Source: Hemiscyllium ocellatum (lineage: Eukaryota). From it: DNA of 64,000 nt. How positions within the stretch are numbered: the stretch's first letter is position 1; every line of letters begins with the position of its first letter. The DNA lies in NCBI RefSeq assembly GCF_020745735.1, contig NC_083406.1, forward strand, positions 41,290,255-41,354,254. Direction: 5' to 3'. This document shows positions 13,783-26,699 of the stretch, one piece after another. A model generated the notes under the pieces. The model did not search any database, was not told where the DNA came from, and was given only the letters and a program-made list of their open reading frames with translations. Made by a program: the position numbers and the translations under genes.

Positions 13783-15154
13783 CATAACCTTGCATTAAAA
13801 ATACACCAAGTTAAAGTGTAAAATTTGTATTGTTGTGTACATTCCAGAAAAGCAATGTATTTTTAAGACACTTAGATGTCAACATAACATGTGACATCCT
13901 AGTGTAAATGTCCTCCTCACCTGACAATTCTGTAGTTACAGTGCAATCATGGGTGAATTATACAGTCATTGCAGTCACCCATGTTACAAACATATAATGC
14001 AGCTGAAACGTCAGTAGGCATCAAACCCAGACAATGTGTGTGTAAAATAACATAACCGTATAAGTAGTCAATCTATTAATAAACTTCCATCTATCTCAAC
14101 AAGGACCCAGTGTTTATGGTACATCTTACATGCACTAATATATAGGCAAGCACTGAGACCATGTTATAAAGACAATAGTGTTTGATCCAATAAACTACAT
14201 CATGGTAGCACTAAGTGAACACTAAAAGCTAATGGTGACAGCTAGTTGGTAATAAAGGCTGAAAAGGTGGTAGCAGCAGTGGCAGTTCTGAAGAGTTCTT
14301 GTTTATAACTGTCGCTCATCATCTACCAGAGTTCAAAAGTTTACAATTAACAACCAAGGCCAAAGTGCTCAAACCTATACTGATGTATAGTACTCTCAAT
14401 TAAGAGTGAAATTTCTGAGTACACCCTTTTTGGAAAAAAAAGGTGAGATGTCATGATATGTCCACTTTAATTTTTAAAAAGGCAGTTTTGTTAGAGGTCC
14501 AGGAGATCTCCAATCTGGCAAAGTAATTCTAGACTGAAATATGGGCAAAAATGTTGGAAAAAGAACCCATGCATTATTGAGACTTTATTTGTGTCTAGAA
14601 GTCAATTAATTTAACTAGTTTTTTTGAAGCTGCACAAAAAATAGTCACAAAGGCACATGCGGCATCAATCTGATATCTCATGCATGCAAATACCACATAC
14701 AAGTGCTACTTGGTGATTTTTAATAGCAGCACTTTTTAACACAGCAACAATAAAAAAGACAAAATAAAGAGATTAAGAATACAACAAGTACTGTAAATCA
14801 AATACATAGTTAACTTGCATTTCTAAAGAACATAGAATCATACAAAATGCTGGACAACAAAGATCTGAACATGGATTGCCAATCTATCAACATTCCATGA
14901 GAATTTCAGTTATTTAAAGAAAAGATACATCTGTGCTTCGTGGATCATGAAATGGCTGATAAATGAAGTCAAGCTTCTTCAACATAAACAAAATGCTGGA
15001 GAACCTCTGGCAGTATTGATTGTAAGAGAAACTTAGTTAACATTTGAGTCTGGTTGATCATTGGGAAAATGTTACAGTTTATTATAAAGGATGTCATAGC
15101 AGAACATTTAGAAATGCACAATACGATCAAGTAGAGCCAGCAAGACTTCATGAA

Positions 15155-15576
15155 TGTTGTGACGACGCTGCTCCTTTAACAAGGTTATGCTGTCCTTGGC
15201 TTTTTTTTCCAGAGAGGTTGTAAAGCAGCAATTCCAAAATGTCTGGATTGGATAGGCTTTAGGGTTAATTTGATATTGCTTCTGAAAAAAGGCTTTCAAG
15301 TTTAAAAATAACTTGTACTATGAAAAAGGAGTGGCCATTTCTATCAGTTTAGTTTTTCTTTGGTTTGGTTTGGTTTATTAGCATTCTGGCTGTTCACTGA
15401 AAGCAGCTGAAAATGTGTTGCTGGAAAAGCGCAGCAGGTCAGGCAGCATCCAAGGAACAGGAAATTTGACATTTCGGGCAACAGCCCTCCTGTTCACTGA
15501 AAGCAGCCAGTTAGTTTTGAAGCCATAGGTCCAAGAAATGGCTACATTGAGGAAGGTGTTCCATGCTGAGTCCCTC

Positions 15577-15613
<37 letters not shown>

Positions 15614-15914
15614 GTAAGACCCTGTGTTTGATTTTAACTTTTTTGCCAAGTGAAATTTTTAGGGATTGTTGCAAGTATTTGGAACAACATCATTAAGTTG
15701 GGATAATCTGTTGAGTTTTCAGATAGGTAAGTTATTCTGTATTCTGTTCACTTTCGTTTGTGTTTCATTCGTTAATCTTGCAAATAAATTCTGTTTTATT
15801 AAAAACTTAAGTGGTTATGCCAGCTGCATTACACCTGCTTAAAACAACTAGCATAACTAGGATCTGGGCTAGTTTCTTGGAATGTTTTGAGGGAGTCTGG
15901 CTTGGTCCATATCA
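15155..15914 (+). mobile_element. Solo LTR (Gypsy-type) inserted in CR1
   Basis: About 760 bp of non-CR1 sequence starting TGTTGTGAC and ending CCATATCA, placed exactly between CR1 cttcatgaa and ggggaaatcatgcc; internal (CT)n and AATAAA near 15784; TSD not clear. Confidence 0.65.
15408..15489 (-). mobile_element. Short Penelope-derived (hammerhead-family) insertion with 18-bp TSD
   Basis: ctgttcactgaaagcagc at 15390-15407 and 15490-15507 flanks 82 bp homologous to 24070-24150 and 30105-30185. Confidence 0.85.
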
Positions 15915-17479
15915 AGGGGAAATCATGCCTGAAAAAAAGACTGGAAGTTTTTGAGCAAGTCACAAGCAGAATAGATAAGGATGGAGCAGTGGATTTTTTG
16001 AAAAAAAAAGATTAACTCATGGGAAATGGACATTGCTTGGGGGGCCAGCATTTATTACTCATCCCTAGCTGCTCTTGAGAAGGTGATGGAGAACTGCCCT
16101 CTTGAGCTGCATTCGTGTACTGCAGGTAGACCTATACATCTGTTAGGGATGGCATTCCATGACTTTGACTCAGCGACATAATACAGTATATTTAAATTTT
16201 CAGAACACATTTGCTAAAGTCTTACTAAAGATAGGAGTCCATAGTGTTGGAGGTAGTATATTAGCATACAAGAGGATTTCTTAACAAATATAGACAAAAA
16301 CTGGGATAAGGGATGCATTTTGAAGCTGGCAAACTTTATGTGGTGATATGTCACAATGATTAGTGCTGAGGCCACAATTATTTACAATAGCCATGAATGA
16401 CTTGGATGAGGGAAATGGGTGTGCTGTAGGTAAATTCGAATATGATACATGAACAGGTGGGTAAGCAAGTGGGGAGGATGACACAAAGAGTTTGCAGAAG
16501 AATACAGATAGGATAAGTGTGTGGGCAAAACCTTTGCAGATCAAATATAATGTGGGTAAAATGTGAGGTTTTCCATTTGGAGGAAAAATAGAAGAATTAA
16601 ATATTATTTAAATGGTGAAATACTGCAGAAAGCTACAGTCAAGAGAATTTGGGAGTCCTCATCCATGAATTAGAAAAAAAAAGTTAGCATCCAACTTCAG
16701 CAGATAGTGGGGAAAGCAAATGGAATGTTAGCCTTAACCATATTAGGGGAATCAAAGGTTACAGGGAAAACGTAGGAAAGTAGGTATGAGGCATGTCGGA
16801 ATATTCAAGATCCTATTGATTGGTGGAGCAAGCTCACGGGACTAAATGACCTATTCCTGTTTGTATATCTTATGGTCTTATGGTCTATTTCAAAGGGAAT
16901 GGAATAGAAAAGCAGGGAGGTTTTGTTAAAACTATACAGGGTATTTGTTAGACCACAGCTGGAATTTTGTGAACAGTTTTGGGCCCATTATCTAAGGAAA
17001 TATATACTGAAAATAGAGACGGTCCAGAGAAGGTTCATTAAGATAGGTATGGAGAAATTTTTAATGATGAGAGGTCGAGTAGATTGGGCCTACACTTTTT
17101 GGAATATTAAAGAATGAGAAGTGATCTGATTGAAACATACTAGATTCTGAGGGGACTTGAGATTAGATGCAGAAAGGTTATGTCCCTTCATGGGAGAGTA
17201 TCAGATTAGCAGGCATAATCTGAAAGTAAGTGGGCATATTTAATACACAAATGAGGAGGTATTTCTTTTCACAGAGGGTTGAGAGTCTGTGGAACTTTTT
17301 GTTTTAACCAAGGAGGTGTGTCAAGGTTGGAACATTAGAAATACTCAGGGTTGAGATAATCAAACTTTTAAACAGTCAGAGAATCAAGGATTCTCGTGAA
17401 AGGCATGAAACTGGATTTGAGGATTAACAATTCAGCTATCTCCATCAATTGTGGAGCAGACTTGATGGTACGTAACAAC

Positions 17480-19450
17480 ATCATGAACAAAGTCAAGTTT
17501 CACACTGAGTGATGCAGCTCCAATACTTGTAAAAACCAACAATGTACTTGGATATTTAGATTATAGGCAACTGAACATTTCACTAAAGAGATGACAACAT
17601 AGGATTCCAACCCTAGAAGAGTTTAATCTCAAATTTTTTTGCACAACCATTTTTCCAAACTTGAAGATAAGAATATATATTGTTGTCCAGAGTCACAGGA
17701 ACTGACAACTTTTACAATGTCTTACAATAGATATTGTTTCCTTAGGTCGCCATTTGGATCATGCATCAATCAGAATATAGTCCAACAACATATGGATCAT
17801 ATCAATTAAAATCCATCAAGTTGCTTGTGCATCAGAAATGACATCTCAGTCCTTGGAATGACTAAACATGAGTGTGACACAAACTTTCATTAGCTCAAGA
17901 AAGCAGCAAGGAAATAAAGTCTTGTTTTCAACCACAAAAAATGGCAAGTCAACATGAACTGAATCAATTTGCCTTGGCTGATTTACTCAATAAATGCTAT
18001 TAGGCCATATAATATAAAGCCAAAACCATACAAAGTATATAGACACCAGAAGACAAATGGAGACTTATGACGATGTCTCAGATTCTTCAAATTTTTATTC
18101 CCAAATATTCCAACATTTCCCATGAATCCATGGTATTTCTTCTTTGAGAATTTCTCTGCAAAAGCACACAATATTCATATCAGGAATTTTAACAGGTAGA
18201 TGCATCCCATCCTACAACTGAATAAGAAATCTAGTGAATTTGGTTCTAAAGTGTACATGTCAACTCAGGAGAAATACTCCAACACCAAAAGAGAAATTCC
18301 TCCTCTAGTTTTCAGAATACAACACATGCCTGTTTGACAAGCATTTTATTGTTCATGCTGACCACAAACCAATGATACTGACCTGTCACAAGTCACGAAT
18401 AAATGCACTGCTACAACTCCAACACTTGTTTGTGAAATTCAAGGTTGCAATTTTAAATTACACTATTAAACCGATTCATGGATGACTAATTCCAATGCTC
18501 TGAATTAACTTCCAAATCTTGTGAACAACAAATATATTCTTTTAGATCCACAAGCAGACATTAGTGAATCTGAAATAGAAGATATATTTTGGTCACAGTT
18601 GAGCAGAGTACATTCAGTAAGTTTTCTCTGATGATAGCCAGTTACACTATCTCAATAAGATTACCATTGGCAGCTGGCCTAATCATGTTGAACAGGCCCT
18701 TGAGTATGCACTTTCTTTCTGGTCATTCAAAGATATATTAGGGCCAATAGGAATGTAACTTTCAAATGCAAAGAAGTGATAATTCCACAAGATCTACAAC
18801 AATGATTGTTAGAAAATATATGTCACATGCTGACAGAAAACAAACAAAAAATTAGCACTTGAATCTATCCCTCTATCATGTATTAACCTGCTAAAAGTTT
18901 AAAAGTACATGGATGTGAAGGGGGTAGGTTCTAAAACCAATCCAAAACCAGATGTTTTATGTTCCCATCACATTTGAAGATCCTGTATTCTTTGATAACT
19001 CATTTGTTTACTCATCATGCCTCAACTATCTGCTCAAAATATAGTCATGCACTTCATGCCAGGTCTTTAACTTGACCAAAATCAAAAGAAATGCTGCTCA
19101 ATGTGCCAAATATGCAACTACTGTTCAAGTGATGACAAGATCACTTCAACTACCCATAATTTTAAATAAATGAAACAGAACTATGTGTGCATTTGTTTCA
19201 CACAAGAGATCAAGAGATGTGACAGCCAAACTCTCTGCATTTGGCAGCATGATGATATTTGACATATGAAAAATTTTGGTGAATCGTTTCATTGAAAGAA
19301 ATAATACCAAAAACCTGAAGCCTCTTGTACTGATCATTTGTGATCTTTGTTGTTTACTGTATACATTGTCAAAAGGGAGAATCTGTACATAAGCAGCTGC
19401 AGGTCTGGTACTGTGAACATAACAATGGAGGAGACTGCAGGTAAAGACAA
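17480..19450 (+). mobile_element. Decayed Gypsy/Ty3 LTR-retrotransposon pol (RT-RNaseH-integrase remnants)
   Basis: Frame-broken motifs FLRSPFGSCINQNI (about 17738), YSNTKREI (about 18275), CLFDKHFIVHADHKPM...LQLQHL (18328-18430), GSWP (about 18668), FWSFKDIL (about 18717). Confidence 0.7.
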
Positions 19451-20399
19451 ACAAACCCGGGTGAAATTTTTCTGCACATGCTTAGCTCCTTAGAACGTAC
19501 CAGGGAGCATTTTGTAATAAGGGATAATCTGAGAAACAAGGCTATGATGCAGTTTAATGCTGAAATATATTGGTTGATGAATGAAGATCAGCAGCTGAGG
19601 TCACAAGGAGCTAACAAAAATCCAAAAAGGCATTGCATGGACTTTCATTTTAGTAGGGGTTTGGCAGGATTCAGCAAACAATAATTTTGGCACAGGCAGC
19701 AATAAATTATTTGTAGGTAATTGATACCTTATATTAAGGGGCTGAATTGAGCCTTTTGGCATGAATGGGAGCTTCTTGTTTTATTGATTGAACTAATCAG
19801 AGTGAAAAGCGTTGGAACATTAGCAAAGATCTGAAGATGCCAACTAATTTTTTTTTGCAACTTTGTTCGTGAGTCAAGCAGCACTCTGCTTTAGTGGGAA
19901 ACAACTATTGGCAAAAATAATGGTCTGGAACTTGTAGGGCTCTTGATGGCAAAATTTCAGCATTCACAATCATTGCCTCTCTGAATATAACCGCGACTAC
20001 AGGTTTTAATAGAAGTGCACATTAACAAGGCGTTGCTGAGATTTACAGTCTATTATTCACAGTTCCATTACAGCTTTTTCTTTGTAATATCCGTCAACCT
20101 TCCCACCCACCTCAACACCTCTGCCTCCACCTTTACTTCCTAGCCAGTTGCTCTGGTGAAAACATTTTCTTTACTATGCCCAGAAGCACTTTGCTTCTGA
20201 AACCCTTCTCAGTGAGATACAACGGGATTTTGATCATCATCTGAGTATTAAGGAAAATGAAATAACTTGTCTTATATTGTCTCATGTGCAATGTTATTAG
20301 ATGTTTTCATTATAATTATCAAGTAAAATTCACACTGCACAAATGCTAGTTAATGACCATCTTCAATAAAAGACCTTGTAATCACTGATCCTTTGCATT

Positions 20400-21010
20400 T
20401 AATGGCATTACCCTCACTGAATCCCCAACATTCAACATCCTGGTGGGGGTTAGCATGACTAAAAAACTGACTCACCATATAACCCTATAGCTCAGAGAGC
20501 AGGTCAGAATCTAGGAATATTAAAATGAGTAACCCACTTCCTGACTCCCAAAAGACTGTTCACCATGTATAAGGCATAAGTCAGGAGTGTGATGGAATAC
20601 TCCCCAATGCCTGGATGGGTGCTGCTTTAACAATACATAAGAAGTTTGATAGCATCCAAGACAAAGCAACCATCTTGATTGGAACTCCATCTACAAGCAC
20701 CCACTCCACCCACTAACAAAGCTCAGTAGCAGCAGTATCGCAGTAAGTCAGAAGAACCTTAGAGAGCATCTTTTAAAATACAAGACAACTAGCATCTTGC
20801 CCCCTGGAAACCACTTGCTGTCCTGACTTGCAAATATATCCCTGTTCCTTCAGTCTCATTGGGTCAAAATCCTGGTATTCCCTTCCTAATGTGGATCTAT
20901 CTACAGCTCACTGCAGTGGCTTAAAAAAGCAACTCACTACCACCTTCTCAAGGTCAACTAGGGACAGACAATAAATGCTGCCCATCTAGCAATGCTCTCA
21001 CATGCCATAT
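20400..21010 (+). mobile_element. Second CR1/L2-group LINE family, 3' end
   Basis: aaggcataagtcaggagtgtgatggaatactcccc (YKAxVRSVMEYSP) and caataaatgctg 3' tail. Confidence 0.75.
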
Positions 21011-21336
21011 ATATTAAAAAATGCTAGATTATGAAAATTAGATTTGAAATATATGGATTTTTAAGGCAAATAATGTTTCAAAAACATTGAATATTTTCCA
21101 ACCCTTCACTTGGTCACTATATATATTTTTTTAAAAAGTTATTTGATGATGTCTGCTTTTCATGGTTGGCTGTTTATGAGCTGCAGTTGAGAAATAAATG
21201 GCGGCCATGGATATATCTGTGAGGGACATCGGAACTAATGGTACTGGAGCAGAAAGGGAAGTCATTTTAGAGGTCATTCTAAGTGTAGTCATTTTGGTAA
21301 GAATCCAATGATTCTGACAGTTGCAGGGTTCTGGTT

Positions 21337-22715
21337 TGTGATCAGTAATTTGCTGATTTTTAAGTGGTTCATATCACCCCCAGATCCCCGGTTCTAGACA
21401 CTGGATTTATTGAGGAATGTGGAATAAAGAAGGCAGTAGACAGGTGTTTCAGGCAAAAAAAATCTCAGTGTTTATTTAAATACAAAATGGTAACTATAAT
21501 ACAAGAAATAAAGGCAAATGCAATAAAACAATGAAATTAACACAATTATACTGAAGTCAGTAATTAAATACACTACAAAATTTCACACAGATTAAACACC
21601 ATTAGAATCTAAACAGCAGTTTTAATCACAGAAACTTTAATCAGTCTTCTTACCCTTGGCATCCCATGCACTGTCGCCACCTACCTTCCCTTCCTGCTAG
21701 CTAGGTTGGAAACTTTGGGGTCTTGGGAGTTTAAGCTCACCACTGACTATTCCCACTTGCCATAACTCGAACCTCAATGAAGAACTTGGACAATGTGGCT
21801 CTTCAGTCTAAGTTGAGTCCACTGATGCGATAGGATACAAAGTGGATTTTTTGGATGAGTACTTGTTTTTCCCTACTTTCTGGTGGTTTTGGTGAGCCGG
21901 TTTTTGCCTTAGGATATATCTGAGGTCTTGTGGTGTCGGTTAAGTTGGTAGTTTTCAGAGGCTATTGTTTCTCAGGTCTGCTGGTTGTAGTCAGTTGATG
22001 TTCGTTCCCCTGGTATGGAACAGGCCTGTGTCTGTAGGTTTCAGAATTGCTGTTGGGATCTCCCTTCCAGAGACTGCTCTTGGAAATAGTTGCTGCATTT
22101 AGCTGTTGAAATTCTTCTTCTGACGATCGTTGTTTGGAACATCTCCTGGAGAATAGCGGCTGATGGTCATTCTCGGGAAGATAGCTATTTGGGATCCCTC
22201 TTCTGAAGATGGCTGTGAGGATAGATCCTGGGCAATAGCTCTCTCAGGTGAGATCAAGGCCTGCAATTCTACAAATTATTGGCCTTTTATCTTCCCAACA
22301 AATCTGCGTTTACCATTGTGTAACTGGTGCTCCCTTTAAGGGTCAATGGCTTCCTGAGAGTTAAGCATATGTGTGAATGTATTTTGATTGAAGTTGAATA
22401 TTCTGTGAATGTATTTTGATTGAAATTAAATGTCCGGTATCTGTAGAGGCCCCATTTAGTCTGAGTTGGATGCTGTTAGGCCTGGTTGATTGTTCTTTTA
22501 GAGTAGTTGTGTGAATCAGATTTTCAGGCTGAATAGTGGTTCCAGGCAGTTATCTCTGTGCCTGTGTATTTTTCCCAGAGCATAGTCCAGCTGCTTTTCA
22601 AAAGTCTAGGGTTTTATCTGGTACCTCAGCATATGGGGATTTTTGTTCCCTGATTGGGAGAGATTCAAATCTGGAGTCCCAGGAAAAATAGGTTCAGATT
22701 TATGAAGGGACAACA
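21337..22715 (-). mobile_element. LTR-like segment (probable solo LTR of ERV or Gypsy type)
   Basis: TG...CA ends, minus-strand AATAAA signals near 21410 and 21475 after a T-rich tract, internal short tandem repeats; no TSD or PBS found. Confidence 0.4.
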
Positions 22716-23249
22716 TTTCTACCACCTGCAAGGCATAAGTCAGTAGTGTAATGGAATACACTCCACCTGCCTGGCTGCATGTAACTCTGACTCTCAGGAC
22801 AACTCCATATAACCCTGTCACCGTAGGCACTGCAAGATGTGTCAGATTGTGGACATAGATACCACCATTACGCGTGGGGACACCTCCCACCTTGTACATG
22901 GCAGGTACTCATGTGACTCAGCCAACGTTATCTATCTTAAACGTTGCAGGCAAGGATGCCCAGAGGCATGGTACATTGGGGAAACCGAGCAAAGGCTATG
23001 ACAACAGATGAATAGGCACTGCACAATAATCAACAGACAGGAGGATTCCCTTCCAGTTGGGGAACACTTCAGTGGTCCAGGACATTCAGCCTCGGACATT
23101 CGGGTGACCATCCTCCAAGGTGGACTTCGGGACAGGCAGCATAGAAAAGTGACCAAGCAGAGGCTGATAGCTAAGTTCGGTACCCATAGGGAGAGCCTCA
23201 ACTGGGCTCTTGGGTTCATGTCACATTACAGGTGACCACCATTGCACTA

Positions 23250-23545
23250 TACACACACACAGATACTCCTACACACACACACACACACACACACACTCTC
23301 TCACACACACACAGGCACTCCTATACACACACACACATGGACACACATACACAGAGATGCGCACACAGACACCCATACAACCCTTACAGACACACACACT
23401 CCCACACTCACACGTGCACCCCCTCACAGACTTAAGACTCTCTGCACTCACTACACACACACATACACTTTCTCACACTCACAACTCCCAACCCAGACAG
23501 ACACACACACACAGACAGACAAAGACCTACATACACACATATATT
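23250..23545 (+). repeat. Compound (CA)n-rich microsatellite within the Penelope 3' region
   Basis: Visible interrupted acacac runs; these explain the HT-repeat ORFs. Confidence 0.95.
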
Positions 23546-23951
23546 TTGTGGGGTGAATTTGTACTTACAGGGTTACATTGTACTTTGCTCAAAAACTGCA
23601 TGCATTCATGTAGAACTCTGAGCTCAAAAACTGCATGAATTTATGTAAAACTCAGTTATCTCACTTTTTAGATTAGAATCAATCTAAACATCATGGCATA
23701 GACAGAGAACACAGGGGGCCAACACCTTCAACATATTGTCTAGCTATCACCATTGTTAACAGCTAATCCGAGAATGCAACATTTTTAAAAAAAGGTTTTG
23801 TGATTTACACATGAAAGAAGTGAAACTATCACTGTATTCTAACAGATGAAAGGCTTAACAGACAATTAATTTTTCAATGCATAATTTCAGTTACATCACA
23901 CTGTAAATTTTTGCTATAAATTCTGTGTGTTAGGATTGAGCCCTCCACTAC

Positions 23952-23986
23952 CACCTGATGAAGGAGTGACGCTCTGAAAGCGCGTG
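23952..23986 (+). ncRNA. Minimal type I hammerhead ribozyme motif (mutated)
   Basis: cac CTGATGA a ggag-tgacg-ctct GAAA gcgc gtg; the sister copy at about 33080 reads GAAAGCTAGTG, so this copy has lost the U of the cleavage triplet. Confidence 0.7.
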
Positions 23987-24060
23987 TGCTTCCAATTAAA
24001 CCTGTTGGACTATAACCTGGTGTTGTGTGATTTTTAACTTTGTAACTCTGACGACACTGA

Positions 24061-24157
24061 TATCCTGATGAAGGGGTTTTGCCCAAAACATTGGCTATCC
24101 TTCTCCTCGGATGCTGCCTGACCTGCTCTCCTTTTCTAGCACCACTCTAATCTTGAC
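24061..24157 (+). mobile_element. Short PLE-derived element with degenerate hammerhead motif (family B)
   Basis: cCTGATGAaggggttttgcccAAAAcattgg followed by ggatgctgcctgacctgct...agcaccac. Confidence 0.75.
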
Positions 24158-24254
24158 ACAGATATCATGTCAGATAAAGCAGTCTGCTTGACTGACATGA
24201 GATTCATACATAAAAGTTCATTCCCTCTGCCACTGACATTACACTTTGGTAATA

Positions 24255-25450
24255 TAGAACATAGGAGTAGGCCATTTAGCTCTTTGAGCCTGCTCTGATA
24301 ATCAATGTGATTGTAGCTGATCATTCTACTCTGTACCATGTTCTTGCTTTCTCCCCATGCCCTTTGATCCCTCTAATCCTAAGAACTATATCTAACTCCT
24401 TCTTGGATATTTTGGCCTTCATGGCTTTTATAGTAAATAATTCTATGGGCTCACCACTCTCTGGATGAGCCCTAATTCCAAAATGCCCTACCTTGTATCC
24501 TTAAACCATGACCTCTAATTCCCAGTGACTGAAAACATGCTTCCTATGTTTAACTTGTCTAGTCCTGTTTGAATTTCCTAAGTTTATGCAATCCTAGTGA
24601 ATATGATCCTCAACGATCTTGTTTCTTTTCATACATCAGTTCTACCAAGCTAGCAATCAGTCTGCTAATCCAGCATTTTTTACACTCCCTACACAGCCAA
24701 AACATCCCTCCTCAGACCAGGATACCAAAACTGCCCACAATATTTTAGGTGTGGTCTCACGAAGGCTCTCTAGAATTGCAATAAGACATCACTGCTCTTG
24801 TAACTGAATAATCTCACTATGAAGGCCATTGTTCTATTACCTTTGTCATCGCCTGGTGCATCTGCATTCTTATTTTCAAACACTGGTCTGCAAGGTCACC
24901 AAGTTTTCGTTGTATCTTCCCCTCTCCAAATCTATTGTTTTTCTGATAATAATCTGCCTTCCAGATATTGCCAGATAATAGCATGGTGTGAAAGGCAGAA
25001 ATGTAGATTATCATTTAAATGGCGATGTATTGGGAAATGTGGATATACAAAGGGTCTGGCTGTTCTTGTTCACCAATCAATGAACATAAGCAGGCAGGTG
25101 CAGCAAGCAATTAGGAAGGCAAATAGTATGTTGACTTTCATTGTAAGACAATTTGAATTCAGAGTAAGGATGTCTTGGTGCATTTATACAGGAACTTCAT
25201 GAGATCACACCTGAAATATTGTATGTTGGTTTGATCTACTTGCAATAGAGAGAGTACAGTGAAAGTCCACTAGGTTGATACAGGAGAGGCAGCACTATCA
25301 AATGAGATATTGGCTCAATTGGCATGTATCCACAAGTCATATAAAGCAAGAAGGAAGTTGGTTGTAACATGTAAAATACAAATAGGATTGTGCAAATTAG
25401 ATGCAAGGAAGATTTTTGCCCAGTTTGCGGAGTCCAGACCCAGGGGTCAC
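24255..25450. mobile_element. Two CR1 fragments in opposite orientation (about 24255-24960 minus, about 25010-25450 plus)
   Basis: atagaacataggagtaggccatt tail on minus; QVQQAIRKANSMLTFIVRQFEF on plus. Confidence 0.75.
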
Positions 25451-26699
25451 TGAGTGCTCAGGATAGACCGAATGATCATAGCCCAAAGAGTCTGACCTCA
25501 GTGGTTCATTAAATGATAACAACTGGGGATGTTCACATGCCCAGAAATTAACAAGCTCTGATATTTTGAAATGTTGTGAGGATAGAAGTGTTTCAAGAAA
25601 TAGGGATGGCAATGCCATGGAGGGAATGAAAAACATGAATGACAATTTCAAAATTGATGCATTATATAACAAAGTATATCAGTGAATAGCAGAGTTAGTC
25701 ACATAAGCATTCAATGCAAATCAGTTCAAGCACAGAAGCTGGGTAGATTGCTGTCATCATTCTCCTTATTCATCTAAGTCAACAGGCCCAACTTTGTCTA
25801 AAGTAGTAGAGGAAAACCACTAGGTAGTCTATTTGAGGAGGCTCTTGTCTTAAAGAAACTGAAGTTTATTGAATGTTTACTCTCAAGTATAAGTTACGTT
25901 AGTAAAATGGACACTAATACTAAGCAGGCCTATCACCTTTGAGATCCTAGGATATCTGCCTTTCACCAGTTAAGATTTGATTGGGTGGAGCATTAAGATT
26001 ATCAGAACCATAATCTCTTACAACAGGAATAGTAATTGAATAGCCTGTGGTGCAAGTAAGGATCTGACCAGTTCCAGACGGCCTTGCTACATTTTATCTG
26101 TGAGCATAGTCTCAACTGTAGGATGGTGAAGAGGGAAAGTATGATTTGAATTATATTGTGGGGTACTTCTATTTGAACAAACTGTTGCAAATCTTTTCTT
26201 CCAGTCCTTCAAAATAAATCATCACCTCTGCTGAAGTAGTGAAAGAGACATTTCAGACAAATAAGCTAAATATTTCACACTGTAGGTTTTTTTTCTCACA
26301 CTGAAAGTAGTGAAGCCTTTTTTATCAGCTGTCTCCTTTATTTACCATCAGAGATAGTAACAATATCAAGTCTCTGAAAAACATTGTTTTTTTTTAACTT
26401 ACAGTTTTACTTATATCAGCAATTATAGGTTAAATAATAAAATCTCTCTTAATTATGCTCTTGGATACCGTTCTTCTTTACATGCAATGACAGAAGAATG
26501 TTAGATTTTACAGATAGAGATCAGAGAATTACAAATGCTTTCCATTGACAAAAACATTAAGCATTCAATCAACATACCAATAATGGTTGTCTGGAAATAT
26601 ATATCTTTTTTGCTCCATGACTGAAGAGCTATAAGTGAAGCTGAACTCTCTTCACTAGAAGGATCAGATCTGGAAAAAAAACTTATGTTTTATAAAGTT

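Larger units (their letters stand above)
15055..17470 (+). mobile_element. CR1 LINE RT-to-3' region with nested insertions (LTR, second-family LINE tail at about 15990-16180, second CR1 tail at about 16740-16885)
   Basis: ORF 16923..17117 LKLYRVFVRPQLEFCEQFWAHYLRK; the ggggaaatcatgcctg (GKSCL) motif is split by the LTR; 3' UTR ends at about 17470. Confidence 0.8.
22792..24040 (+). mobile_element. 5'-truncated Penelope-like element: GIY-YIG endonuclease C-terminus, CA-rich 3' region and terminal repeat with hammerhead motif
   Basis: Translation CKMCQ...YSCDSANVIYLKRCRQGCPEAWYIGETEQRL*...PVGEHFSGPGHS...LIAKFGT (22830-23235); 12-bp TSD tgtaactctgac at 22780-22791 and 24041-24052. Confidence 0.92.

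Noticed and set aside
22040-22250. CRISPR-like array
   Set aside because: Eukaryotic context; the units are degenerate tandem repeats without unique spacers or cas genes
23210-23638. His/Thr-rich ORFs in several frames
   Set aside because: Translations of a (CA)n microsatellite
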